From assembly GCA_002633005.1 (NCBI GenBank), contig NMRA01000007.1:1735042-1799041 (forward strand): a stretch of DNA of 64,000 nucleotides. Direction: 5' to 3'. The notes beneath the pieces were generated by a model, which was given only the letters and a program-made list of their open reading frames with translations, was not told where the DNA came from and did not search any database. The DNA comes from Phoronis australis. Its lineage: Eukaryota; Animalia; Phoronida. The stretch's first letter is position 1. Each line of letters opens with the position of its first letter. The translations under genes and the position numbers were made by a program. Of the stretch, positions 26,108 through 39,092 are shown piece after piece.

Positions 26108-26495
26108 AACTCTGTCTGTGTGTGAGTGTCTGAGTGTGTCAACAGCACACTAATTTTTACTCCTTCACATTTCCGTTGCAGGGTACATGTAAACGCAATG
26201 GGCTAGCTGACTGAGAAAGCAAGAGCGACGGCGGTAAGCAACCATAAAACGTGCAACGTGAAAGTACCAGACACGAAAACTCATCATTATGTCCTAAGCC
26301 GCATAGGGCTTTCATTTGTCAAATTCGAGTATATTTCAACCCGCAAAAATAAAATACAAAAGCTGTTGCGGGCTGACAATATGAGGTGAACTTCTTCGCT
26401 TGGCTAATTTATATGGTTTGAACGGCAATTTTTGAAAATCAATCTGCGGCCCTCATTTATCCATTAATAATTTTCAGGCTGGCTGATAATACAGA

Positions 26496-26588
26496 ATGTC
26501 ACATGTCAAAAGTCGTAACCAGTTCGGGCCCAAGAAGGGAATCACTGTGTCCGCCAATGAGCCCCAGGTGTTTGCGTGGATGTCGGAG
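26496..26588 (+). CDS. Putative first coding exon of long PALS1/MPP5 isoform (exon 26478-26588)
   Basis: Acceptor ttttcag|26478, in-frame TGA TAA before agaATG, MSHVKSRNQFGPKKGITVSANEPQVFAWMSE, donor gag|gtatgt. Phase 0 matches exon 28026. Confidence 0.55.
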
Positions 26589-27465
26589 GTATGTTAGAAA
26601 CAGACATTCATTGAAATGAATATGTCAAAAACGATTAGAGTATCTATAGTTTCGCAATGAAATTCAGACAAACCTATAAAAGTTAGGGCAGGACTCTGTA
26701 CTTTTTGTTACCTCAAGATCTCAACGTAATTAGAACTCATGATGTCCTTACAACGCCACAATAAAAATGAAACTTCTGCTTAGTTGCGAGGTATAAATTT
26801 ATAAGTGCACGGTGATACCGAAGATCGATCAACTGCTTTGGCTTATCTTTATATTCCATATGCTTGCCTTGTAGTTCTTAAAAGCCAATTGTCACGGAAC
26901 ATTTATACACATAAGTGCTGAGTTATTAGAAAGTCGTTTAATCCCTCAGTAGACCTAAGAATCTACAAAATAGCAGTGAACATTCGCTAACACTGAAGAG
27001 AAAACGAGACACAAATCAAAGGACGAGACACAAAGTTTGCTTCAGTAACGTTAGATGATCGTTCAAGGAAATGGTCAACCAGGTGAAAATACTAATTTTA
27101 TTATGGATTGACATTCGTGGTTCACTTAAAGCTAAAAAATATAATTTAAACGGCAAAAATTGTACGCATTGCACGAAATTTCCTGGACTCGTTTGTATTT
27201 ATTCAAAAACACCCACTTTGCAATCGATCGTATGAATAGTAAATGCCGCCCAACACCAAATTTTAATCTAGTATTGGTTGAACATGTATAAATTCGCGCG
27301 TAGCCTATTTTAACATTTCAATAGTTTATTTGATTTTATTTTAATTTAACAACAATATAGAGTGATGGCTTTGTAACAACAAGCTTTTGATGTCACAATG
27401 GTCCAAGGAGAAAGTTAATCATCAGTCAATATCCAATGTAACTAACCTTTGAATAAGACCACTTT

Positions 27466-27708
27466 ATGCGCGCACCCAGCCTTAAAAATTGGGGGGATCG
27501 AATTTTTAAGAATTTGGACCTTTTACTAAGATTCACGGAGTACGTTCAGACCTATGAATTGTGCATTCGCCGACGTTTGGTAGTTCCTAGTTTTTAGTGG
27601 ACTGTTATCTCATTTTCTACTTTTTTCTGAGTTTTTGTTTCTCTGAGGCGGACCTTTTTGCCTACTCGCCCCCCCCCCCCCNCCCCCCCCCCCCCTGGTG
27701 CGCGAATG
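27466..27708. mobile_element. Second copy of the 5908-6138 MITE
   Basis: ATGCGCGCACCCAG ... CTGGTGCGCGAATG with shared internal tcgaattttt.agaat.tgga.cttttactaa and ctctgaggcggacctttttgcc. Confidence 0.85.
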
Positions 27709-28025
27709 CGCTTACCACTACAAAATTGGTCTCTGAACTTATTCCTCACGCGGATGAGAAGTGATTTCCGGGCTCGCATAATTTGTTATTTGCTTTAGAC
27801 TGCGCTTGGCGCATAAAATGGCGCGCCGTGACAAGACTAACTTGTAAAACCTGGTCTTAAACAGCGACCAACTGTAAATTCCTCCCAAGAACACAAATCA
27901 TGTTTAATTTGACTGGTAAAGGAACAGTTTGAAGTCACTTTTATAACGGTATGTGATTTAAATAAAGAAATTGTGAGGGAGAGTGGGTTCATAGCCTCTT
28001 TGAATCTGAAAACTTGCTGTTTCAG

Positions 28026-28176
28026 TTTGAATCAGAATTTTCTGAATTCGAAGATGATGTGCCAAAATTTATCAATGTAACGTTGGAGATGGGAGTCGGC
28101 GACAAGCGATTTGGATTCTCAGTGATGGGAGGCGTTGACGAAGGTTTCAGACCTCGAATTGATGAGCTCACTCCAG
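28026..28176 (+). CDS. N-terminal extra PDZ domain, exon a (long PALS1/MPP5 isoform)
   Basis: tttcag|ttt ... cca g|gtaagt, phase 0-1. KFINVTLEMGVGDKRFGFSVMGGVDEG contains the PDZ carboxylate-binding loop (RFGF). Confidence 0.85.
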
Positions 28177-30730
28177 GTAAGTACCGCCATCTATTGGTTG
28201 GAACGAATTCTAGTACGTTAGCGCATAATTTCACTCAAAGCCATACTTCGGTGAGTTTAAATTCCATAGAAAATCACTAAATCTATCAAATTGAAAATAT
28301 AATACCCGGGTTCAGTGACACTGGTATAAACTTTTTTTTTTGGTAATCTCTTGAAATCGTCATGCGAAACGACCTAATCTACATGGATCACTGAGAATGC
28401 TTTCTAGCACTTGTCAAGAGAAGACGTGGTTTGTGACATCATTTAACGATTCCAGAAAATTCAATAAAGGTGCACTGAAAATCCTTGAAACTAATAACCG
28501 GCTTCCCAGTTGAGAGAACAATTGTGTAACATTGGGCGTTATTAATATACAATGTATCACATACAAAACCATTGATCTGTCATCTCCCATTGTTCTTTGA
28601 GCTTGTAATATATCTTTCTCACCATGTAATTAAGTTTATTATTTGGAAGTTGATATGTAGAAATCTCCTATATCAGTTTCATCCTACGTAAGTGACAAAT
28701 GCGGAGACAACGTGGGAGATATCCTGGAATGCCAAGAAAAGCTACAGTGACCTTGACCTTTTGGTGCATCATTAACTCACGGGAGCAGTGATATGTGCTT
28801 CTGACAATTTTTGTAGAAGTGGATAAGATATTGAAAGTTTCTAAAGATGCCACCATTCTTTAATGTTGAATATTTCAAGCATAAAAGCCTCCTTACTTAG
28901 TAGGGAACGAGTTAGGGTGAACCTTTATAGAAATTGGTGTATTTGTGCTTCAAAGTTTGATCATATTTAATGTGGCAATAAACTGGGGTTCAGAAGAAAA
29001 AATAACTTTTGAAAGTTTAGAAGATTTCCGCTATAAAGTTGGTCTCAATTAGATCGTTACTCAGATGAAAGTGATGTTTGGTCGTTTAAGCAACTGACAT
29101 TTTTTTTGCTCCAGACCATCATGGAAGTGAAAATCTATGGTCTTCTTCAACCCTTTGTCGCTAGAACGCATGGAATTCCACTTAAATGTTATGAAAATAT
29201 GTCTCAAGTAAACATTACCTAATTAGGCGAAACAATTACACGCCTGTGATTCAAACTTCAGTAATGTCCGTGTGCAAACATGATATTGTTTTAAAACAGA
29301 TCGATATTTTCTTTAGATTAATTATGCATGAAGTTATTAGTAAGGCAATGAAAAAACCTTTAGAACTTCTCCATTTGTATTTATATAGCTATTCGATAAA
29401 GTTGTGGCCATAAAGTAGACTGGTTGGGAAAACCAATATGTTATCCTTAATGAGCAGAGCCAAGATGCTTTAATGCGTGAATTACATGTCATCCGAGAAG
29501 GATTTCGCGCTTGAAGATGCGTCTTATGATGCCCGGAAGTCAGAGGAACGCATGCTCGTCTATAACAAAAACGAGTGATAGGTTTTACCAACGCTTGAGA
29601 GTCAGTGGTACTGTCTCGGTTGTTTTGTATTGACATACTTTGATGACGATATAAACTACGTTGAACGTGCGCCAAATTGTGTTTCGAAAAGAAATAATTT
29701 CGTCAGATATCGGACGGACGACTCACGTATCCAGTCCTTGACAAACGAGATGATTGTTTTAATCAACGTCACGAAGACTTCATTTCATCGCTGGCAAAAC
29801 GCGAGAGATTAAGACCACACTGCGCTATGCTAGGGCATAGTTGGGTGGCTTAGGAGTAGGGATATCAATGTTATCGCAGTTGTGAAGAAATCAGTTTTGT
29901 CCTAGAATAATAACAAGTCAATATGGTCGACCTATCGGGATATGTCATTCTTTTGGCACAGACAGGCGACGGGCAAACCAAGCTTTACGGTAGGTAAATT
30001 GAACCGCACATTTCCTTCAATTCATACAGTTGGTACTTTAGCGAGTTTTGTAAACGTTATTGTTTTACGCTTTTAGAATTTAGCTGCTATGGGAGTTACT
30101 GACATGTCCACAAAGGTAGTTGGTAAGCTGAAACTTTAATTCAAAAATTTTTGTTTTTTTTTGTCATTTGGTGAAAAGTGCTCAAGTGAGAAGGCCTAAG
30201 TAAGAGTACTTTGAATTCACATATAGGCCCACTGAGACGCTGCACTGTCACAGGCATCGGCATCTTTTCCCGTCTCGGCATCTTTCCCCGTTATGAGTTA
30301 TAACTGTTTCAGTTTCACGCTTAACCGTCGCAGCAAAACATTTACTTCTAAAATTTTCTAAAATACTATTTTTTAGTCAGATTTCCAATGCGTTCTTTCT
30401 TATCAGGGTCCTGTGGGAAAACAATTTTGTTATACTAAATAGTTTTTATCCTGAATCAAAATATCTTACTACTAATAACGGTTGGTCCGCTATACTTAGA
30501 GATAATATTGTGACGATCAAATTTCAAAAGTAAAGTCCTCCATCTTTGCATAACTGGCGAGAATTCACATCTAATAAAACCTGCCGTCCAATTAATCGTT
30601 GAACAAACAATAGACACAAAATGTAAAACACGTATGACCTCATCAATCTCTGTCTGTGGTCTTTTATCAAAGTGAGCCACTGAGTTTCCCCTATCAAACT
30701 TAGACATGGTGTCACAGCCGGGCTGCGGTC

Positions 30731-30850
30731 CGTAGACGTAAGAATTTCGCTAGTAAGCTAGTGTGATCGGCAACTACGTTTGCACTGCTTGGCAATATCT
30801 CGCGAAATCTTGCGTGATCTTGGTTTTTCGAGATTCTCTTCTGCGTAACG
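30731..30850. mobile_element. CGTAGACGCAAG-type short element
   Basis: CGTAGACGTAAGAA ... TTCTGCGTAACG termini; homologous to copies at 14950, 16631 and 17095. Confidence 0.6.
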
Positions 30851-33800
30851 CATCCTCGGACGTTATCTCACTAGATGTTGTTCTCGGCTGCAGTTACCCA
30901 GCGATGTACAGAAAGATTGTTGTATGCTCAGCAGAATTTTTCCAACCGGGGGTTTGGGTCATGTTTGACTTTAAGCTTCGCTAGGTTCACTAACTGGTGA
31001 TTAGGTAATGTTTTAAAGGTGTCCCACGGAACAATTGCAATGATAAATTGGTTAGAAAACAGTTGTGTACAGACCCGCGCAGTAACATAACGTATACAAA
31101 GAATTTTTTTGTTTCTTTATAACGTTCGTGATAATAAAAAATTAGATCCTTTGAAAATCGAAATGAAATACACTGCTTAAGTAACAAGATCTCAAACTGA
31201 GGAGTGCGATTGGCGTTCAATTCTTAATACCACTCAATGAAGTCTTAGTGTTTCAGGGAGACATTGTTTTTCAACAATTGTGAAAAACAGGCTGCTCTAT
31301 TCAGAACAGTAATAAGTGTATTAATAACCTGTACTGATAACAAAAGAACAGTATTCGTTTCGAACAAGTTTGTAACACGAAATCTGTCGAAACGGTACCA
31401 GGTGCCATTCAAGTGCTATATGCACTTTTGTTAATGAAATAACTACTGTGTTCGTGCGAAACACCGGTTACTAACACTTGTTCGTAACGAGGAAATACAG
31501 CTCAAAATAGTGTCTGGGAATGAGAAAACAATAGGACGGTCCTGGATAGAAATCTCCTTTGTCTTGGATGTGGGAAAATGCGTTTTACATTGGCCTCGTT
31601 TTAGAAATGTCTGCGCTGATTTTAGCAATGATGTAGGAATACATAGCATCCATACTTCTCAAGTTTATTCAACTTTCTGCCGTCGGAGTTGCATCCCACA
31701 GCACAACAGTAAAACTACGCTGACATTGGAAGGTTAAATACAGTTTATGCAGTCAAAAATGTAAAAAGCAAGGCACCAACAACTAACATGAGAAACTACA
31801 ATGGTGCGAAAACGAGGCTAGGAAACTACTTGACAAAAGCTGCAGCATTGTTGGTAAATAACGTAAGGTTCAAATGTCGAGGTTCAATCCGGGTCCGTCC
31901 TATTGATTAGCAGGAGTAGGGAGAGGAAGATGGAGAGAGAGACGTGAAGACAGATGAAAATATACAAAAACATAATAAACAAAATTACAGCAAGAATGGT
32001 TCTAGGTGATACCCGCAAAGTATAAAACAACTAAAATCAGAGGTCGTCAAAACAATTTAAAAATGAACACTATTGTGCCGTTTTATATAAATGTTTAATG
32101 TGTGGACAAAAGTTTGCTAAATTCAAGGGTTGTTGACAAGCAGCAAGTCCAAAAAGTTGTTGCTGGCTTTGCAACTATAAGACAAGTCAGTAACGTGAAC
32201 AACACTACCAACTCTCGTTATGCTATCTTCCGGGCAAGAACAACAACACCAGTTTCGATACCCTAAAGCCGAGTATCGGACCAGCAAACACCAAACCCAC
32301 TGTGCAAATCCCCTACTAGCTCCCCTAAACTCTACAAACGTGCCAATGATGCTTCCGCCTACCCGTAAAATTCCATATCCGGGACCAAATTCCAGATAAC
32401 GTAACGAACTATAGATCCGGGCAATATCCACGGATATAGTTTGATGACCACGTATGGGGTGATTTCGACGCGAGAAAGGAGTTTAGAGACTCGTGTATAA
32501 CAAGGGTGGGATGTAGAAATCGTAGCTAGCGCTGCCATAGAATCGTTTCCACCCCTTGAGTTTGTTGATCCTCTAAGCATACGTGTACCTGTTTAGTGAC
32601 CAGATTTGACTAGTCTCGTGGCAGATTTCTGAACATCACTTGTCTACTCTATTGGTATGCATCACTAATGGGACGACATTTGTTCTCCTTTACGGGACAA
32701 TCCTGCTGCTTACCTTAGTAGACTTTGGCTCATGTGATAGATTCAAGAAACAGAAAAAAAGAACACCTCCTTTATTGTGCTTGTACGTATATAGCTGTCT
32801 ATATTGTTGTCAATGCAGACACAGTTAAAGCTGCTATAAACCTGCCTTGTGAAAATAAACTAGCCTTTAAATTAAAGTCATTGGTCGTTATAAAACTGGT
32901 CTTAACTTGTTTTTTTTCCGTCAGATTAAAGGTTATTTTTAGGTTTGGAGCCATTTTTATTAACTTAACTAATGGCTCAGATAACAAATGAGTTTTTGAC
33001 CGAAGATAGTCATATAACATTTTTTTGTAGCGTAAGGGATACTNTCCGAAAATTTCAAATTTCAGTTGATCCATTCTTGTTGTTTTATTTACCGATTTAT
33101 ATTCTTCATTTCACGAAACAATAGTATCCTTGGGAGGATCTGGATCGCCTTATTTAGTTTCAGATATATTTTCTACGTTATTTGTAGCGTAAGGATATTA
33201 AAATAGCCTGCCTTACCCAACAATGCACTTAACATTCCGCTGTAAAGTTGTGGACAATACAAATGTCTTAAATATTTTAACATCACTTTTGTGTGTCGGA
33301 TCACAAGATTACGTGTTATACAACATCTTAGTTTTTGTCACGTTTTTGGTATCGATTATCATCCGTTAGTCTGTTGAGTGAAAACTCTTTTTCCGTTGTT
33401 CCATGAAATTCCCTTTTCCGAGGAGAGTACGTATTTGCGCATTAAGTTACAAGCCTCTTACGCATTTATCACAATCAATAACTTCAACTGAATAAAGTAT
33501 ATCTTCAGTTAATCAACTCGTTTGTTTGTTCATAACTTCGCCCAAAATTAATGTCCAATTAGTACTAAGAATCATGCGCAATGAAAATCAATTTAGCGTT
33601 CTAACTAACTTTAAGAAAATAGCGCTGTTTTTAGTGCAATGTCTGTTAAATCTACTCGTTTTCAATGCTGTCGATGCTGAAATTATAAAAGGAATCAAGG
33701 TTTCTTCTAAAAGTTAGGTTTGGTCCCACAAACACTCAAATAAAACTAATCATCACGGAGCTCTAACACACTTAATCTACGGACTTTTTTCATTGTCTAA

Positions 33801-33866
33801 CATCAAAATATTTTAGACATTGTCTTCCTGTCTTTTTAGAAATGCAACATTATAGAGTTCGTGCTT

Positions 33867-33953
33867 GAATGTGAATTCATTATTCAGAATGTGAATGTAT
33901 TATTCAGAATGTGAATGTATTGTTCAGAATGTGAATGTATTGTTCAGAATGTG
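33867..33953. repeat. 20-bp minisatellite x ~4.3 (GAATGTGAATGTATTRTTCA)
   Basis: Read directly. Confidence 0.92.
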
Positions 33954-34786
33954 CAACATGAATAAAAGCGTCTTATTGTATCAGAACAAATATTGCTCGA
34001 AAAAAGTGTATTGCGGTAATCAATTTTTGTGGACAAACAGTTTACTAATCATGTGAATTGAGCCAATAAGGATGAGGGTGTCGAGGCTACTTTTGAATCA
34101 CGGTGTGGAGATCATATTCCTAACAACGACGAATAAATCCTATGAGGTGGATATGTGTGGCTTCATTTCCTGGTATTTTTATTAAAATTGTTGTCCGTTT
34201 AGGCGGTTCATTGTAGAGTTTATTTGGACAGTTAATGAAGCAGTATATTTCGAATGTTTACTACCGCTCACGAAAAAATGATGAGTAATTAAGCAAGTTC
34301 TCTTTTAGTAGGTTTTTTAGGTAAAGATAGTGTAATTTTACCAATGAAAATTCTGCGTTTTACGTTTTCACTTTTCAACCAAAAGGGGAATTCGTTTTTA
34401 ATACCTCGTCAGTATCATTATGATTTTACTGCCAAAATACATGTTTGGTATCTTTGGGATTCACTTCTTGAAGTTATTAGACTTGTGTTTTGCGATTCTA
34501 TTACAAATCACCAATTTTCGCCATTGCACATAACTCGTTGCAATCAAGCCCGCTGAATCTAACTGCTAGTGCGCTTAAAATATTCTGACATTTATCGAGA
34601 GGACTCCGCCAGAAGAGCGTTATATTGCGACTTCTGGGGTTCCAGGTAAGAACCCATGCTAAGGGTGGTTTCGAAAAAAGACTTTCTCGCCCATAGCGTT
34701 CCTTTTATTCTTGATTTGTAGTCACCTATGTGGTCGATAGATGTCGCTTATATCCGGCTCTGAAACCACCTTTTGTTCACTTTCAG

Positions 34787-34896
34787 GCTCTCCAGCTGAT
34801 CGAGCTGATTTAGAAGTGGGCGATGAAATAGTCGAAGTGAATGGAAAAATAGTGGAAAATTCTACCCATGCAGAGATCATATCACACATTCATCAA
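34787..34896 (+). CDS. N-terminal extra PDZ domain, exon b
   Basis: ctttcag|gc ... caa|gtaagt, phase 1-0. GSPADRADLEVGDEIVEVNGKIVENSTHAEIISHIHQ is a canonical PDZ core. Confidence 0.88.
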
Positions 34897-36200
34897 GTAA
34901 GTGAGACTACATTATTTTGTCCATTTAGACTGAGCTTGTCGTAAACTTGTGGTCCTAGCTTGCAAAAATACAATTTTGCATAATTATTCCCATTCGTGTC
35001 CCATATCCCAGAAATAGTGCTATCGTTGCAGTAGCTAGACGATGCGATGATTAACATTTTTTTCGTGAATGTGTAATCCGTTTTGAATTTTTTGTCATTG
35101 CCTCGGCATTAGTTACTAAATTATCTTTAAAACTTACCCCCAATTAATATTTGCCTTTTTCAGCCGAATCGAAGCTTCCAGTTATTAAAAAACAGTGTTT
35201 TGCAATTTGTGTGTTGGAAATATCCTACAGAGAAGCTAGCGATTAGCTTACAAATATAAAACCATAAAATTGATTGCCGAATTAATCTAATCGAGATGGG
35301 TTAAGCTTAGGTGTTTGACGGTACAAAGGCGGCCATATTGAATATCTTACATAGTTCAACGATGAAGGCGATTGAGATCCTCCAAGCTGTTGCTGATTTT
35401 TGGTAGGCGAGGTTCTTATGATGACTTGAGTCACTATTCCGTGAACAAAATTTATTGGCCTTTGTGAATATCATGTGTTGTTGAGAATTTATACTCTGAC
35501 TCATCGTCAGAACTTGTGGTTTTGATTATGAATTTCATTTCGGGGGAGTTGTCAACGACCCGAGTTCCGAGTTCGTCTGTTTTAGATGTTTACATCGATT
35601 TGAGAAAGATCAAAATACTGTGTTGATTGGCGCTTTATGAGCAGATGTTGATAAGTTTATTTCCGTGAAAGTGAAGATTTCGGTACAGTCAATAGTTTTT
35701 GAAGGCCTCAATTCTTTTGGGAACTTGGTAGATCCTCATGTTTATAGCTGTGCCTGTGAGCTTAAAAGTCAGACCACCTGTTGTGAAGGTGGTAATAGCT
35801 GGTAATGGCTATATGATTGACTGTAGTCAACCGGAATAGAAAAAAGAAACAAGCTTACTGAAGCAAGCAAGTCAGTGAATGCCAATCAGCGCATTTATGT
35901 TCTTGATTTATACCACAATTATGTATCAATTAATCAAATTGGTCGGTGGTACGTCATAATCCATGTTATCAATCCTGTGTGCTGGAAGATTTTTTTGCAA
36001 ATTTGGCTTAAACTTTCAAAGTCACTTCACTAGTGTACCTTTAGTTTGTAGTTGGATACCTTTGGAGACAGTTGGAGTATTTAAATCCTTCCAGCGTGAA
36101 TAAATACTGTCTCAATCAATTTTTTTTTCAGAATAGTCGTTCATCAGCTGTTCAATATGCTCTAGGTTAAACAGAATAATACATAGGGAAAGTCACTTGT

Positions 36201-36523
36201 CTGGGCCCGCGATCTCTTGATTTTTGGCCCCATTCCTCTCGTTAAAATATTGAAAATCCCGTGAAATTCCCCGCGAGGCCCAAATATTCCCTTCAAGTGA
36301 TTGAAAATTCCCCGCGAGGCTCAAATCATTTGTAACTAACACTGGTGACAATTTGAAAGAGCGCAAAATGTTAGTGTTGACCTCCGGAGGCAGAACCTAC
36401 AACATCTTGCAACAGGGTGGGTGTGTTATTGATGGTGATCTGTTTGTACAATTTTCCCCTCACCCCGAAAAATTCCCCTCTCATTGGCACAGACATCTTT
36501 CCCCACAGATAAACGTGGACCCT
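36201..36523. mobile_element. Dispersed repeat homologous to 41961-42268
   Basis: Shared gggccc..cttgatttt.gg.cc..aaaatatt.aaaatc..aggcccaaa.attccc..aaaattcccc blocks. Confidence 0.55.
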
Positions 36524-39034
36524 ACTTGTCTGCCATCCCCACTGAGAGGAGGCAGCTAAGACTGGTGACCTCTGTAGAATCAAATAAGCAGGTCCTTTGA
36601 CAATAGGTAGACATGCTTATATGTTCTCAGATTAGGAGACACATTTAAAATCCTCTTTCAAAACATGTCAGTTATTTTTATTGGAGGTATATCTTATCAT
36701 TGCATGGTAAGTCACGTGACTCAAAATCGAGAATGCCGGTCACTGCACCCCTGTGATATCAGGCTTAAACAAGAGTTGGCGGTGTGCTCTTCATGAAGCA
36801 AACGAAAAGTTGAGAATGACATCACGGGTCCGAATTTCAAGACCTGGTTGGCTAAACCTGCTCTTCATCAGTTCTGTTGACTCTCATGATTGAAGTTTGC
36901 ACATGTGATGTAATACTTTGAGGGTTACTTTGAGGTTGACAAAATACCCTGAATGGTAAAATTATAGTGTGATAACTAATCACTAATTTCATGCAAAAAT
37001 AGTGATGAAAATAATCATTTTTCGACTGGGTGATTATCTGTCTGCAAATACTGGAAACTTATCTTAATGTTGTTTCATAACCTCTGCACAATACACCTTT
37101 AAGCTAAAGGTAAACTAGGATTTTGTTCATCTTGTTTTTGTTAGGAAATTCTCCAATTTTCACTCCACTGCTGCGTTTTGCGCTAAATAGGTGAAGTTGG
37201 TGTTCAGTGTACTCCACACAATCACACATGTGTTCATACATGGCGCTGCACCTTGTATGAAATGTTTTGCACCACCTTAGGAAATATTGAACCATTATTG
37301 AAAAGCATGCTTCTAAAACTCTGAGCCATGTTTTGAAAACTACGAATTTTTTCTGCTTTTAAACCTAATTGTTCTTCGCAGTGGTACATTTTTTATTTAG
37401 CAATAAAATAATAATAATAATAGTGCCCAGCACGTGAAAATAGTGTGTAACTATAGTTGTTTTCACGAAGCAACGGAAAGTAAGATGACTACGTGAGAGC
37501 ATGACGTACCTTGTTTTCGTCAAGGGACAACCCTGGTGCAATAAGCATTATTGCTGCCTATTGAGAAAATGAGGCTGCAGCCAGAACAGGGCCTGTTTTC
37601 TTTGAGGTGCCATAGGTGGTGGATCTTTTGCAGTTGTGGGGTAGTTCTGATGTTGTCTCATGATGCACTTGTGTTAGTTCTCATGTAGCAAAATATTTTG
37701 GTTTTAGTTTACACCTGGTTTAAACAGTTACTTATTTAATTTATTTAAAACTGCGTATTTCCGATCTGTGGTATTAAGCTGTAAAAAAACGAAAAATAGA
37801 CATTTAAGCTCATCTGTCTTTCTTGCTGTGATAGGACTGCATTTCCATTACCAATAACAGCTTCGAAACCATCAGTAACTCAAGAAAATGTTTCAGAGTT
37901 TAAATTAGGGTTGGCCAACCCTAAAACTGCAAATTCATAAATATAACAACAGTGTCATGTGAACTCCACAGAGGAGAGTTTAGCTATTTGCAGTCGACTG
38001 GGCTATGGTTGTAAACACGTGCAGGGAATGCACAAAAATTCAAAATCACTCCAAGTGAGACATTGCTACGAAGTACAACCTAAGATCAATATGATGGTAC
38101 CAGCTTTTCTCTGAATGTATCCGGTCTGCAGAACTCTGTCCTGGCTTCTGTTGTGATGCAAGACTTGAACCAAAACTTTGTTCTTGTACTCGCTCTTCAC
38201 TTAGTGAAGTAACTATGAGTATATGGCAGTCTAGTGAGAGTTGCTATAAATTTTATTGAGAAGAGCAGTAACCAGCAGTTATGTGTATGCGGTCGTATTC
38301 TCATACATTTTGCATTCTTGCTCAATTTTCCGAAATAGTTGTGAGGAAAGTAATACCAAATTTCTGACGTAACTCTAAGTCGCTTTTCATAAAATTCATA
38401 GACCCTTGCTCTTCATTTTCTGTCTTGTCCATTCAACAATGCCTACATTATCTGACTGAATTTCTCCCGGATGCCATTTTTCCAGTGGTTTTGTCATTAG
38501 CTTTATCTTTATTGCCTGCCATTAACTTCATTTGAAACTGATGGCAACTGATATGACAACAGTTAATTTGTGGTCAGCATACTTAGTAAGTACTGATTCT
38601 GTTAATGTGTGTTATCATTCCCCAAGTAAGTTAGTTAACTTAGCTACTGATTTGTTTTGCAAATACCCTTGATCTGATAACTGTTTAGCCTTTTGACACA
38701 TTTTCGTAGACTGATTTTCCTCAGAGAAGTGGATCTGATAAATGTTTAGGCTTGTGACACATTTTTATCTGACTTTCCTCAGAGAAGTGAAAATCCGGTG
38801 AAGTGTTTGGAGTTACGTTATGATTATTACGTAAATTACTGATAAAAGAATTAGGGGTGTAAGTTCTTCTTATGCCTGGAATTGTGATTGTTAGTGTTCG
38901 CTATCAGCGTCAAGGGTTTTTGCATGGTGTCACTGGGATTTTCCAATTTCTGTAAAGTTATAATCTCTTATGACTCGGCTGTAAGCTACCTTAATGGCAG
39001 TCTAGTTATCGGTATGTTTTCTTTTACATTTTAG

Positions 39035-39092
39035 TCTATAAAATCTCGGACAATCTCGCTGCGTGTTAAGAGGAAAAGCTCCAGAAGAATTG
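39035..39092 (+). CDS. N-terminal extra PDZ domain, exon c (last beta strand), linking to the PALS1 body
   Basis: ttttacattttag|tct ... att g|gtgagt, phase 0-1. Encodes SIKSRTISLRVKRKSSRRI; absent from the ORF track. Confidence 0.8.

Noticed and set aside
28748-28759. TGACCTTGACCT as a DR0 response element
   Set aside because: This 12-mer is common in invertebrate dispersed repeats and is isolated here.
31440-31860. Possible decayed transposase fragment
   Set aside because: Somewhat coding-like composition, but no diagnostic motif I can identify.
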